Of a stretch of DNA of 64,000 nt, positions 16,456 to 26,778 are shown one piece after another. Position numbers and translations under genes: made by a program. Below the pieces are notes generated by a model, which saw nothing but the letters and a program-made list of their open reading frames with translations, ran no database searches and was not told the DNA's origin. Each line of letters opens with the position of its first letter. The first letter of the stretch is position 1. This DNA is from Chryseobacterium gleum (GTDB lineage: Bacteria > Bacteroidota > Bacteroidia > Flavobacteriales_F > PHOS-HE28). The DNA is taken from NCBI GenBank assembly GCA_945872795.1, contig CAMCAZ010000002.1, positions 65,298 through 129,297 on the forward strand. The letters are read 5' to 3'.

Positions 16456-19326
16456 TTACGCTTCCTGCATCGCGTAGTCCTCCACCGGCGGGCAGGTGCA
16501 GATCAGGTTGCGGTCGCCGAAGGCGCTGTCCACCTTGCTCACCGTGGGCCAGAACTTCCAGTCGCGGTTCACGCTGGCCGGGAAGGCCGCCTTTTCACGA
16601 CCATAGGGGTGGCTCCAGGTATCGGCACAAACCTCATCGCTGGTGTGCGGGGCCATCTTCAGCACGTTGTCGGACTTGTCCGCCTGGCCGCTCTCCACTT
16701 CCGCGATCTCCATGCGGATGCCGATCATGGCCTCGATGAAGCGGTCCAGTTCCGGCTTGGCCTCGCTCTCGGTGGGCTCCACCATCAGCGTGCCCGACAC
16801 CGGGAAGCTTACCGTGGGCGCATGGAATCCGTAATCCATCAGGCGCTTGGCGATGTCCTCCACCTCGATCCCCGCCGTGCGCTTGAACTCTCGGCAGTCG
16901 AGGATCATCTCGTGGGCCACCATGCCTTCGGTACCCGTGTACAGGATCGGGTAGTGCTTCTCCAGCTTCGCCTTGATGTAGTTGGCGTTGAGGATGGCGT
17001 AACGCGTGCTGTCCGTGAGCCCGGTACCGCCGAGCATCTTGATGTACCCGTAGCTGATGAGCAGGATGAGCGCACTACCCCAGGGGGCACTGCTCACCGC
17101 AGGTACGGCGTGTTCTCCGCCGGTCCTGACCAACGGGTGACCGGGCAGGAAGGGCTTCAGTTTGTCGTTCACGCAGATGGGACCCATGCCGGGGCCGCCG
17201 CCGCCGTGCGGGATCGCGAAGGTCTTGTGCAGGTTCAGGTGGCACACGTCCGCTCCGATGTCGCCGGGGCTCGTAAGGCCCACCTGGGCGTTCATGTTCG
17301 CGCCGTCCATATACACCAGGCCGCCGTTCGCGTGGATCGTGGCGGTGATGTCCTTGATGCTCTCCTCGTAAACGCCGTGCGTGCTGGGATAGGTAACCAT
17401 CAGACAGCTCAGCGTTTCCTTGTACTGTTCGGCCTTCGCCTTCAGGTCGGCCACATCGACGTGCCCTTCCTCATCGGCCTTCACCACCACCACCTGCATC
17501 CCGGCCATCACTGCGCTGGCGGGGTTTGTTCCGTGGGCGCTACTGGGGATGAGGGCGATGTTGCGGTGATGGTCGCCGCGCGCCGCATGGTAGGCACGGA
17601 TCACCAGCAGGCCGGCGTATTCGCCCTGCGCGCCGCTGTTGGGCTGCAGGCTCACGGCCGTGAAACCCGTGGCCTTTGCCAGTGCATCGCTCAGTTCGGC
17701 GAAGACCTCCTGGTAGCCCTGCGTCTGGTCCACCGGAGCGAAGGGATGCAGGCCGCCCCACTCGGGCCAGCTCAACGGCATCAGCGTGCTGGCGGCGTTC
17801 AGTTTCATCGTGCATGAGCCCAGGGGGATCATGCCGTGCATCATGCTGAAGTCCTTGTTCTCCAACTTCTTGATGTAGCGCTGGAGCTCGAGTTCGGTGT
17901 GGTGGGTGTTGAACACCGGATGTGTCAGTACCGCGCTTGTGCGCTGCAGGTCGGCCGGCACCGCCATGGTGGAACCGTTGCCCGGGACCGCCGGAGCCTT
18001 GGCGCCACAGGCTTCCGCCAGGGCCGCCACGGTCTCGTTCACATCGCTGGGACGCACGGTCTCATCAAAGGCGATGCTGACGCGATCGCCTTCGTAGCGG
18101 AAGTTGATGCTGCGTGCCTCGGCGGCCTTCTTCACCTGCTCCGTCTTGATCCCAGCAGGGAGCGTCAGGGTGATGGTGTCGAAGAAACTCGCATTGACGA
18201 GGCCATAACCCAGTCCCCTGGCGGCTTCGGCCAGATGACGCGTGTGGGCGTGCACGTTCCCGGCGATGCGCTTCAGTCCGCTGGGGCCATGGTACACGGC
18301 ATACATGCCGGCCATCACGGCGAGCAGGGCCTGTGCCGTGCAGATGTTGCTGGTGGCCTTGTCGCGACGGATGTGCTGTTCGCGGGTCTGGAGCGCCATG
18401 CGCAACCCGCGGCGACCACGACGGTCCTGGCTCACCCCGATGATGCGGCCCGGGATCAGGCGCTTGTACTCCTCCGTGGTGGCGAAGAACGCGGCGTGAG
18501 GCCCACCGTAGCCCATGGGAACACCGAAGCGCTGGCTGTTGCCCACGCAGACATCGGCGCCCCATTCGCCCGGAGGCGTCAACAACACCAACGAAAGGAT
18601 GTCCGCACACACGGCCACCCGGACACCGGCCGCCTTGGCCTTGCTGACCAATGCACGGTGATCGCCTACGCTGCCATCGGCGGCGGGATACTGCAGCGCC
18701 ACGGCGAAGTAGCTGCCGTCGGGGGTGAAGTCCTTGGCATCACCGATCACCAGTTCCACACCGATGGGTGCACAGCGCGTGCGGAGCACATCGATGTTCT
18801 GCGGATACAGGCCCTTGTCAGCGAAGAACTTGTGAGCGTTCGCCAGTTCCTTGGGGCGCGCGGCGTAGAGCATGTGCATGGCCTCGGCGATGGCGGTGGC
18901 CTCATCGAGCAGCGATGCATTGGCGATGGGCAGGCCGGTGAGCTCGCTCACCATCGTCTGGTAGTTCAGCAGGGCCTCCAAGCGGCCTTGCGCGATCTCC
19001 GCTTGGTACGGTGTGTAGGCCGTGTACCATCCGGGGTTCTCGAACACGTTGCGCTGGATGGCGGGAGGCAGCACGGTGCCGCTGAAGCCCAGGCCGATGT
19101 AACTGCGGAACACCTTGTTCTTCGCGCCCAGGGCCTTCATGTTATCAAGGTGCTCGCGCTCGGTCAGCGCGGGTCCCACGTCCAGGGCTTTCGGTGAACG
19201 GATGCCTTGGGGCACGGTGCGCCTGATCAGCTCATCGAGCGAGCTGACGCCGATGGCACGAAGCATCTCTTCCGTCGCAACGGCATCGGGGCCGATGTGA
19301 CGCTCCTGGTAGGTCACGAAGTTCAT
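16456..19326 (-). CDS. gcvP: Glycine dehydrogenase (decarboxylating), glycine cleavage P protein
   Basis: RHIGP, YTPYQAEIAQGRLE, REQHIRRDKATSNICTAQ, LGSCTMKLN, HLNLHKTF, GDRNLICTC; ATG 19326. Confidence 0.97.
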   Translation of the reverse strand: MNFVTYQERHIGPDAVATEEMLRAIGVSSLDELIRRTVPQGIRSPKALDVGPALTEREHLDNMKALGAKNKVFRSYIGLGFSGTVLPPAIQRNVFENPGWYTAYTPYQAEIAQGRLEALLNYQTMVSELTGLPIANASLLDEATAIAEAMHMLYAARPKELANAHKFFADKGLYPQNIDVLRTRCAPIGVELVIGDAKDFTPDGSYFAVALQYPAADGSVGDHRALVSKAKAAGVRVAVCADILSLVLLTPPGEWGADVCVGNSQRFGVPMGYGGPHAAFFATTEEYKRLIPGRIIGVSQDRRGRRGLRMALQTREQHIRRDKATSNICTAQALLAVMAGMYAVYHGPSGLKRIAGNVHAHTRHLAEAARGLGYGLVNASFFDTITLTLPAGIKTEQVKKAAEARSINFRYEGDRVSIAFDETVRPSDVNETVAALAEACGAKAPAVPGNGSTMAVPADLQRTSAVLTHPVFNTHHTELELQRYIKKLENKDFSMMHGMIPLGSCTMKLNAASTLMPLSWPEWGGLHPFAPVDQTQGYQEVFAELSDALAKATGFTAVSLQPNSGAQGEYAGLLVIRAYHAARGDHHRNIALIPSSAHGTNPASAVMAGMQVVVVKADEEGHVDVADLKAKAEQYKETLSCLMVTYPSTHGVYEESIKDITATIHANGGLVYMDGANMNAQVGLTSPGDIGADVCHLNLHKTFAIPHGGGGPGMGPICVNDKLKPFLPGHPLVRTGGEHAVPAVSSAPWGSALILLISYGYIKMLGGTGLTDSTRYAILNANYIKAKLEKHYPILYTGTEGMVAHEMILDCREFKRTAGIEVEDIAKRLMDYGFHAPTVSFPVSGTLMVEPTESEAKPELDRFIEAMIGIRMEIAEVESGQADKSDNVLKMAPHTSDEVCADTWSHPYGREKAAFPASVNRDWKFWPTVSKVDSAFGDRNLICTCPPVEDYAMQEA

Positions 19327-19354
19327 GGGTGGGGTAGGGGTCGAGGAACGGCGA

Positions 19355-19442
19355 CAAATATACAGGGTGGGCGAACGGCGCACCTGTCGTCCGTCAACCT
19401 CAACAACCCGACCTCAGGCCTGTTCGGCAAGGTCTATATTTG
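19355..19442. promoter_or_regulatory. Divergent -7 boxes (TATATTTG on each strand)
   Basis: Minus-strand box 19362-19355 before gcvP; plus-strand box 19435-19442 before ATG 19451. Confidence 0.6.
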
Positions 19443-19450
19443 GCCGCTCC

Positions 19451-20080
19451 ATGCGCATCCTCCTCTTATGCCTGTTCCTTGCCGTCCTTTCCAGCGATGG
19501 CCATGCCCAGGATAGCATCCTGCTGATGAACGGCACGGTGATCAAGGCGGACGTGCTGGGCCAAAGCAGCCTGGAGGTGCGCTACCTGGAATTCGGCAAG
19601 CGGGGCCAGGCCCGCGAACGCCAGGAGCCCACCAGCGATGTGTTCAGCGTGACCGACAGCCTGGGGCGCGAGCGGATCTGGTACTTCTACGACACCATTT
19701 TTGGCAACGACCTCACCGTGGACGAAATGCGGTGGTTCATCAAAGGACAGCAGGATGCCGGAGATGGATACAAGCCCACCTGGACCACCGTGGGCGGTTT
19801 CCTGTTCGGTGCCGGAACCACCATCGCCGCGAACCTGGAGGTGAACGCCTTCTTCCTTCCGCCCATCTATGCCGGTGCCATGTTGCTGCCGCGCGTGAAC
19901 GTCACGCCGGGCTCCATCCGCGACCCCCTGATGGAAGGCAATGACCATTATGCCTACGGCTATGCCCGGGTGGGCAGGACGAAGCGCGTGGTGCGCGGTC
20001 TGCTCTCCACCTTTGCCGGTGTGGCGGTGGGTCTGGCGGTGCGCCAGTTCATCATCAACCCCAACCTCGAGGGGTATTGA
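19451..20080 (+). CDS. Hypothetical exported/membrane protein
   Basis: Signal peptide MRILLLCLFLAVLSSDGHAQ; Gly-rich hydrophobic C-terminal segments; promoter box upstream. Confidence 0.75.
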   Translation: MRILLLCLFLAVLSSDGHAQDSILLMNGTVIKADVLGQSSLEVRYLEFGKRGQARERQEPTSDVFSVTDSLGRERIWYFYDTIFGNDLTVDEMRWFIKGQQDAGDGYKPTWTTVGGFLFGAGTTIAANLEVNAFFLPPIYAGAMLLPRVNVTPGSIRDPLMEGNDHYAYGYARVGRTKRVVRGLLSTFAGVAVGLAVRQFIINPNLEGY

Positions 20081-20087
20081 TGGAGCC

Positions 20088-20990
20088 ATGAAGGATGCTG
20101 CCCTGCATCCGGTCCTGCGTGTCCTGGTCCATGGTCATGTGCTGCTGGTGCTGGGTGCCGTCGCACAACTGTGGTGGGTCGACCGCCTGTTCCACTTTCA
20201 CAGTGATCCCCGGCTGTTGGGTGTGGTCGCCCTGGCCACGTTCAGCGCCTACGGTGGCATGCGGCTGCTACGGATGCGGGTGCCCGGCCTTGCTACCAAC
20301 GCGATGATGGGCTGGTACCGATCGAACGCGCTCCTCCTTCATGTCCTGGTGATCGTCTCGGGGCTGGCGGCGCTGGCCTTCGCCTGGCCTTTGCGTCACT
20401 TGGTGTTCCATGCACTTTGGCTGCCGATGGTGCTGGCCGCCGGCTATACCCTGCCCCTGGCAATGACCGGCGGACGCCCGACCGGACTTCGACGGACGCC
20501 CTTCCTGAAGGCGGTGATCATCGGCTTCGTGTGGGCGAGCATCGTGGTGCTGCTGCCGGGTGCGGATGAACGGAACGCTGTGCCCTACATCAGCGATGAC
20601 GTGTGGTGGGTGGCCACGATCTGGACCTGTTATTTCACGGCCATCGCCATCACCTTCGACATCCGGGACCTGCCCCATGACCTGCCCTCCCTGCGCACCA
20701 TGCCCCAGGTGTTGGGGATCCGAGGAGCCCAAGTGCTTTCCATCCTGCTTCTCCTTCCCCTGCTGCTGACGCTTGTGCTCCTGCTTGTGGCGGGCTACCA
20801 TCCGATCGAAGCGGGCTGGCGGGAAACCCGGATCGACCTGTCCATACTGTTACCGGCGTTGGGCGTGGTCTGGACGGGCGTCGTCATCGCACGGGCCCAC
20901 ACCCTGCGCGCCTGGTGGTACTGGGACCTGCTGCTCGATGGCTCCCTGACCTTGTTGCCCCTGCTCGCATTCGCGGGCGGCCTGCGTTGA
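20088..20990 (+). CDS. UbiA prenyltransferase-like membrane protein
   Basis: GLRRTPFLKAVIIGFVW, ITFDIRDLPHD...LRTMPQVLG, LLDG; polytopic membrane protein. Confidence 0.65.
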   Translation: MKDAALHPVLRVLVHGHVLLVLGAVAQLWWVDRLFHFHSDPRLLGVVALATFSAYGGMRLLRMRVPGLATNAMMGWYRSNALLLHVLVIVSGLAALAFAWPLRHLVFHALWLPMVLAAGYTLPLAMTGGRPTGLRRTPFLKAVIIGFVWASIVVLLPGADERNAVPYISDDVWWVATIWTCYFTAIAITFDIRDLPHDLPSLRTMPQVLGIRGAQVLSILLLLPLLLTLVLLLVAGYHPIEAGWRETRIDLSILLPALGVVWTGVVIARAHTLRAWWYWDLLLDGSLTLLPLLAFAGGLR

Positions 20991-21030
20991 GCGGATCGAC
21001 GATCGTCAGGTGCGGCGATCCGGGACCGGC

Positions 21031-21038
21031 TACTTTTG
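21031..21038 (+). promoter_or_regulatory. -7 promoter box TACTTTTG for kynU-kmo
   Basis: TAnnTTTG 10 nt upstream of ATG 21049. Confidence 0.55.
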
Positions 21039-21048
21039 GACGCCGCCC

Positions 21049-22326
21049 ATGAGCACCTACCACAACACCCTGGCCTTCGCCCACGCCCAGGACGTCGCCG
21101 ATCCCTTGCGCGCGTTCCGGGAAGAATTCCACTTTCCGCAGCATGCCGGTGCGCCCGTGATCTACTTCACCGGCAACTCCCTCGGACTGCAGCCCAAGGC
21201 CGCTGCCGCTGCATTGCAGCAGGAGCTGGACGATTGGGCACGCTTTGGTGTGGAAGGTCACTTCCTCGCCAAACATCCGTGGTACAGCTACCACGAAGAG
21301 CTCACCGCCAGCACGGCACTTATGGCGGGTGCCCTGCCGGAAGAAGTGGTGGTGATGAACCAGCTCACCAGCAACCTGCATTTCCTGTTGGTGTCTTTCT
21401 ATCGACCGCAAGGAAGGCGTGTGAAGATCCTCACCGAGACCCGCCCGTTCCCGAGCGACATGTATGCCTTCGCTTCACAGATCGCCTTCCATGGCGGTGA
21501 TCCGGAGACCGATCTGGTGGAAGTGCAGCCCCGTGCCGGTGAGCACACCTTGCGCACCGAGGATATCGTGGCGAAGATCAACGAGCTGGGCGATGAACTG
21601 GCGCTGGTCTGCTTCGGCGGCGTGAACTTCTACACGGGCCAGGCCTTCGACATGGCGGCGATCACCAAGGCTGCGCACGGGGTGGGGGCGAATGTCGGCT
21701 TCGATCTCGCGCATGCCGCCGGCAACCTGCACCTGAAGCTCCACGACTGGAACATGGACTTCGCCTGCTGGTGCAGTTACAAGTACCTCAACAGCGGTCC
21801 GGGCAGTGTGGCCGGTGCCTTCGTCCATCAGCGCCACCTCGGGAAGGACCTGCCGCTCTTCGCTGGCTGGTGGGGGCATGACAAGGCCGAGCGCTTCAAG
21901 ATGGAGCGCACCTTCAGGCCGATGCCCACGGCTGAGGCCTGGCAGGTGAGCAATGCGCCGGTGTTCAGCATGGCCGTGCACCGCGTGGCGCTCGAGCAGT
22001 TCGATCGCGCAGGGATCGCCCGGCTGCGGGCCAAGAGTGAACAACTCACCGGGTACCTGGCGTTCATCATCGCGGAGGTCGCGAAGGACACCGATACCGA
22101 TCTCGAAGTGATCACCCCCAACGATCCCGCCCAGCGTGGTTGCCAGCTCAGTGTCCTCGCACACGGCCACGGCAAGGCCCTGTTCAACCGCCTCACCGAA
22201 CGTGGTGTGGTCGCCGACTGGCGTGAACCCAATGTGATCCGCGTCGCCCCGGTCCCGATGTACAATAGTTTCGAGGATGTGCATCGATTCGGCGAGATCC
22301 TGAAAGCCGCGCTGGTAAACGCGTAA
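21049..22326 (+). CDS. kynU: Kynureninase
   Basis: YFTGNSLGLQPK, FDLAHAAGN, WCSYKYLNSGPG, GWWGH, QRGCQLS, DWREP. Confidence 0.95.
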   Translation: MSTYHNTLAFAHAQDVADPLRAFREEFHFPQHAGAPVIYFTGNSLGLQPKAAAAALQQELDDWARFGVEGHFLAKHPWYSYHEELTASTALMAGALPEEVVVMNQLTSNLHFLLVSFYRPQGRRVKILTETRPFPSDMYAFASQIAFHGGDPETDLVEVQPRAGEHTLRTEDIVAKINELGDELALVCFGGVNFYTGQAFDMAAITKAAHGVGANVGFDLAHAAGNLHLKLHDWNMDFACWCSYKYLNSGPGSVAGAFVHQRHLGKDLPLFAGWWGHDKAERFKMERTFRPMPTAEAWQVSNAPVFSMAVHRVALEQFDRAGIARLRAKSEQLTGYLAFIIAEVAKDTDTDLEVITPNDPAQRGCQLSVLAHGHGKALFNRLTERGVVADWREPNVIRVAPVPMYNSFEDVHRFGEILKAALVNA

Positions 22327-22349
22327 TTCGCAATACGTCAACTCGCAAC

Positions 22350-23699
22350 ATGAGCGGAAAGAACATCACCATCGTCGGCGGCGGTCTCGTCGGCAGCCTG
22401 CTCACCGTGTTCCTCGCCAAACGCGGGCATACGGTGAACCTTTATGAGCGACGCGCCGATCCCCGCAAGGCGAGCCTGTACGCGGGCCGGAGCATCAACC
22501 TGGTGGTGAGCCACCGTGGCTGGACCGCGCTGAAAGCAGCTGGTGTGCACGAGGCCGTGGAGCGCATCGTCGTTCCCGTTTATGCCCGCATGACGCACGA
22601 CCGCGATGGCAAACTGACCCGCCTGCCGTACAGTATCGACGAGCGCGCCATCCATAGCGTGAGCCGTGGCGAGCTGAACCGCGTGATGCTCAACGAGGCG
22701 GAGAAGCTGCCCGGCGTCAAGTTGCATTTCGAACACCGCTGCACCGGTGTGCACCTCGACACCGGCACCTGCAGTTTCCACAACGAACTGAACGGTGAGA
22801 ACGTCGCCGTTCCCGCGGATGTCGTCTTCGGCAGCGATGGCGCGCCCAGTGCCGTGCGCCAGGAGATGATGAAGGGCCGCTTCAACTTCAGCCAGAGCTT
22901 CATCGAGCACGACTACAAGGAGATCGCCTTCCCCAGCAAGGCCGACGGCAGCCCGCAGATGGACCCGCACTGCCTGCACATTTGGGCGCGCCGCTACTTC
23001 ATGATGATGGGCCTGGCCAACCAGGACGGCGGCTTCACCGGAACCCTCTTCATGCCGCACGAAGGCGAGTTCTCCTTCGACACCATTAAGGACGAGAAGG
23101 ACCTGATGCGCTTTTTCGAGGCGCACTTCGGGGATGCCATCCCCATGATCCCCGACCTGGCCGAGCAGTACTTCCGCAACCCGCAGAGCAACCTCGCCAT
23201 CATCCGCTGCGGCCCCTGGACGCACAAGGACAAGGTGGCGCTGATCGGCGATGCGGCCCACGCGATCGTGCCCTTCTATGGCGAAGGCATGAACGCGGGC
23301 TACGAGGATTGCAAGGTGCTGAACGACCTGCTGAACGAACACGGCGACGACAACTGGGGCACCGTGCTCGATGCTTACAACAAGGCCCGCAAGCCCAACG
23401 GCGATGCGATCGCGGACCTCTCGCTCCGCAACTTCGTGGAGATGCGTGACCTGGTGGCCGACCCACAGTTCATCCTGCGCAAGAAGATCGAAGGGCGCCT
23501 GCAGGCCAAACACCCGGACAAGTGGCTGCCGCTCTACAGCCAGGTGAAGTTCAGCGACATCGGCTACAAGACCGCATGGGACGAAGGCCTGCGCCACGAC
23601 CGCATCATGGAGCAGGTGCTGGCCATGCCGGGGATCGCTGACAAGTGGGAAAGCGAGGAGGTGGAGAAGGTGGCGTTGGGGTTGTTGGAGCGCGGGTGA
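22350..23699 (+). CDS. kmo: Kynurenine 3-monooxygenase (FAD-dependent)
   Basis: GGGLVG, GRSINL, DGAPSAVR, LHIW, GDAAHAIVPFYGEGMNAGYED, NFVEMRD; adjacent to kynU. Confidence 0.92.
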   Translation: MSGKNITIVGGGLVGSLLTVFLAKRGHTVNLYERRADPRKASLYAGRSINLVVSHRGWTALKAAGVHEAVERIVVPVYARMTHDRDGKLTRLPYSIDERAIHSVSRGELNRVMLNEAEKLPGVKLHFEHRCTGVHLDTGTCSFHNELNGENVAVPADVVFGSDGAPSAVRQEMMKGRFNFSQSFIEHDYKEIAFPSKADGSPQMDPHCLHIWARRYFMMMGLANQDGGFTGTLFMPHEGEFSFDTIKDEKDLMRFFEAHFGDAIPMIPDLAEQYFRNPQSNLAIIRCGPWTHKDKVALIGDAAHAIVPFYGEGMNAGYEDCKVLNDLLNEHGDDNWGTVLDAYNKARKPNGDAIADLSLRNFVEMRDLVADPQFILRKKIEGRLQAKHPDKWLPLYSQVKFSDIGYKTAWDEGLRHDRIMEQVLAMPGIADKWESEEVEKVALGLLERG

Positions 23700-23820
23700 T
23701 CGGCACAGAACTTCGATGGACAGGCATGGACTGCCAAGTGTGAGATCATCGCAAGTTGCCTACCTCTGCGAGCCAATTGCACATCCATCTGGTCCCTCCA
23801 AGAGCCTCCCCTTATCCCCC

Positions 23821-25689
23821 TCAATACCCCACCACCCCCGGCTGTGTGAAGGCGAAGTCGCCGGGGCGAGTGGTGAAGTTGTTGAAGCGGCCGACATCGA
23901 GGACCCAGCCGTTCTCCTCGGGAACGTAGGGGTAGAAACTGAGGGAGAACTCGAAGGTCTTCACCAGGAGGTTCTCATTGCGGATGAGGATGCCCATGCC
24001 GAGTGAGGTGTGGATGCGGCCCGAGAAGAGCGGGTCCGCGCTGTCACCGATGGTGCCGAAGCCCGCCAGCAACACCGGTGCGAAGCGGAAGCCCAGCAGG
24101 CGATAGGATGCATAGGCCACGGTCTCGAGCTTCAGCAGTTGACGGTGCGTGCCCGTTACCAAGGTGCTTCGAAAGCCGAAGAGCTGGTCGCCGTTCAGGT
24201 CCAGCAGTTCGATGCCCTGCTTGCGGTCGATATGGGCAGCGGAGAAGGTGACGAACTGCCGGAGATACCATCGTTCCAGACGGAACAGGTCGCTGAAATA
24301 GCGGAGTTCCATACGCGCTGTGGCATCCACAGAGGTGCCCTTTTCCCAGAACGTACCAAAGGCAAGCAGCGTGGTCAGGTACCCGAAGTGTTCGTGGTGT
24401 CTGCCTCGGGAGAGCTCGACGCCCGTATACCCGAGCAAGGGCTCGCCTTCGCGATCGCGAAAGCCGCCGGTGAGCTTCGCCAATAGACCCTCGGGAACAT
24501 CTTCCACGGCACCGAAGCGGTAGAGGTAGCGGTCGCGGTAGTACTGCCGAACGCTGAGGCCCACGCTCAGCAGGTAGCGGTCACTGGAGGGATGGCTGAG
24601 CTGTTCCGTACTGTCGATGGCCGGCCGTTGGGTGTAGCGGGTCTGCCCATAGCGGAACCCGGTCACGATGGCACTGCTGCGGGCCGGAACGGTCTTCGCG
24701 CGGACCAAGGGGAAGCTGCGGCCCAGCCACGTGTCGATATCCAAGGGGTCCACCTGTTCGGTCCGCAGGAGCGCGCCCTGGCCATCCACCACTGGCAGCA
24801 TATTCCAGGACCTTGCCAGCAGGACCGCGCCTGCCCAGCGCGTAAGCGGTGAGAAGAAGGGCCGGTCGAGCTGAAGGCCCGCACGCTCGGTGAGCTCGTC
24901 CATGCCGTAGGTCAGAACTGAACTGATGTACGTGCCGCGGATGTTGTACACGGAGTGTCGGGCATCGAGCCGTTCCAGTAATTGTTCCGGGGTGGTGGTG
25001 GTGCTCACGCGAAGCTCCTGACCGAGCCCCAGCAGGTTCCGGTCCTGCAGGGTGGTCCGGCCGGATTCCCCGCTGATGTCCACCCATACTTCGATGTTCC
25101 ACTTGTCCATCACCACCACACGCACATCCACCGTGTCGGTTCCGCCATGCACAGGGACAACGATGATCCGCACATCGTTCACCATGGGCGAGGCGCGCAG
25201 CAGGCGTTCGGACTCCGCAGCCTCCAGGGGGTCGAAGGCCTCGTTCTTCTTGACCAGCACGAACTCGCGTACCAGGTAGTGACGGGTGGTGCGGTGCAAC
25301 GAATTGCCTGCTTTCTGCAGCCACACCGAAGGTCGATCGGTGCTGTCGATCAGGTCGAAGCCGAAGGGGTCGAGCACCTCCACATCCACCGAGCGGACGA
25401 TACGACCGGTGTAGGGCAACAGCGGGTCGGCGCGCCGTGGGGGAGTACCCGGCGCCGGTGCTTCCGCGTCGTGGTCGGCCTGGACGAAGAGGGTGCCGTG
25501 CACCCAGCGGGTGAAGCGGTGCCTGTCGGTATAGCGCTGGATGTCCTGATAAACGGTGGTGGTATCCTGCGAGAAGGCTGAAAGGGACAAGCCAAGCAAC
25601 AACAGGGGTAACAGGGCATGCCGGTGACGACCGGACCCCCTGGGTGAGGGGAAACGGTTGCGATGAACGTCAGGCCTTGCGGGTTCCAC
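23821..25689 (-). CDS. Omp85/BamA-like outer membrane protein with a POTRA-like N-terminal region
   Basis: Signal-like LLPLLLLGLSLSAFSQ; ESERLLR, DRNLLGLGQ, RPFFSP; amphipathic strands. Start uncertain (GTG 25689 chosen; ORF is open to 25779). Confidence 0.65.
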   Translation of the reverse strand: MEPARPDVHRNRFPSPRGSGRHRHALLPLLLLGLSLSAFSQDTTTVYQDIQRYTDRHRFTRWVHGTLFVQADHDAEAPAPGTPPRRADPLLPYTGRIVRSVDVEVLDPFGFDLIDSTDRPSVWLQKAGNSLHRTTRHYLVREFVLVKKNEAFDPLEAAESERLLRASPMVNDVRIIVVPVHGGTDTVDVRVVVMDKWNIEVWVDISGESGRTTLQDRNLLGLGQELRVSTTTTPEQLLERLDARHSVYNIRGTYISSVLTYGMDELTERAGLQLDRPFFSPLTRWAGAVLLARSWNMLPVVDGQGALLRTEQVDPLDIDTWLGRSFPLVRAKTVPARSSAIVTGFRYGQTRYTQRPAIDSTEQLSHPSSDRYLLSVGLSVRQYYRDRYLYRFGAVEDVPEGLLAKLTGGFRDREGEPLLGYTGVELSRGRHHEHFGYLTTLLAFGTFWEKGTSVDATARMELRYFSDLFRLERWYLRQFVTFSAAHIDRKQGIELLDLNGDQLFGFRSTLVTGTHRQLLKLETVAYASYRLLGFRFAPVLLAGFGTIGDSADPLFSGRIHTSLGMGILIRNENLLVKTFEFSLSFYPYVPEENGWVLDVGRFNNFTTRPGDFAFTQPGVVGY

Positions 25690-25851
25690 TGCCCTAAAGT
25701 TGAGCCCAACTTCCGGACCGGACCATGACGATCGCCGATAAGGGTGATCCGATCCGTTCCAGCCCAGCCTTGGATCCACACACGCTTTCGTTGATACGTT
25801 CCGGCCTCAGCCCGCGTTGGACCAGTGCCACCCTGGCCAACTTGCGGTGCG

Positions 25852-26694
25852 ATGAAACGTGTTCCATTCCTCCTTCTTCCATTGGTGCTGTCCCTGACAT
25901 CGGTCCAGGCCCAAAGCCTTTACGGCCGTAAGAAGAAGGACATCATCCCCTTGGAGGGCCAGGCCAAACGCATCGGCTGGTTCGTGTCGCCGGGGATCAC
26001 CTGGACGCACACCCGCATCAAGAACAGTGAAGAGGAGGTATTCCGGAATGCGGACACGTCCTATCGCGCGACCTATGATCCCGCTGGAAGGATCGGCTTT
26101 TATCTGGAGGGTGGCCTCACTTGGTATACCCGCGACCCGGTGGTCGTGGACTATTTCGATGCCGGCTTCGCCTACAAGAACCTACGCGGCAGCGAGTCCT
26201 TTGAGGGCAACCTGATGCGCGGTGACAGCCTGGCGCCCCTGGCCGGTGAGGGCACCTTCGCGGAACGCCAGTTGACCTTCAACATCAACGCCAACAAGTT
26301 CATCCAGACGGGCGACCACCAGTTCGTGCAGCTTAGCCTCGGCGCCAACGTGGACCATCGGCTGGGCAACGATCTGGAGCATACAGGCGATCCTTTGTTG
26401 AACGAGCACGTGTTCCCGCCCGACCTGATCGCCCAGGCACACTTCAAGGTGGGCTACGGCTTCAAGCTCACCGGCACCCTGATCATGATCCCCACGTTGG
26501 AGAGCCCGATCTTCAGCATCACACCCCAGGACGAGGGTTTCGGCCAGCTCCAGTGGTTCAGCAGCCGATACCGCCCCCTCATCCTCACCGTACGGTTTCT
26601 CTTCCTGCGCGCCCGCAACGGCTTTGATTGCCCACCGCCCATCCGGAACAAGGGGGATATCAAGCAGTACCGGCAGGACGGGTATCATCCATAG
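25852..26694 (+). CDS. Hypothetical outer-membrane beta-barrel protein
   Basis: Signal peptide MKRVPFLLLPLVLSLTSVQAQ; alternating hydrophobic strands. Confidence 0.7.
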   Translation: MKRVPFLLLPLVLSLTSVQAQSLYGRKKKDIIPLEGQAKRIGWFVSPGITWTHTRIKNSEEEVFRNADTSYRATYDPAGRIGFYLEGGLTWYTRDPVVVDYFDAGFAYKNLRGSESFEGNLMRGDSLAPLAGEGTFAERQLTFNINANKFIQTGDHQFVQLSLGANVDHRLGNDLEHTGDPLLNEHVFPPDLIAQAHFKVGYGFKLTGTLIMIPTLESPIFSITPQDEGFGQLQWFSSRYRPLILTVRFLFLRARNGFDCPPPIRNKGDIKQYRQDGYHP

Positions 26695-26778
26695 GGGGAG
26701 TTGCCTGTTGGCAGTTGGCAGGAGTTGGGACTTGGAACAACCTTCAACGCTCGAACCCCCAGCTCCCGATCTGCCCAA

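Noticed and set aside
19327..19450. Glycine riboswitch upstream of gcvP
   Set aside because: The promoter box is only about 28 nt from the ATG, leaving no room, and no aptamer motifs are visible.
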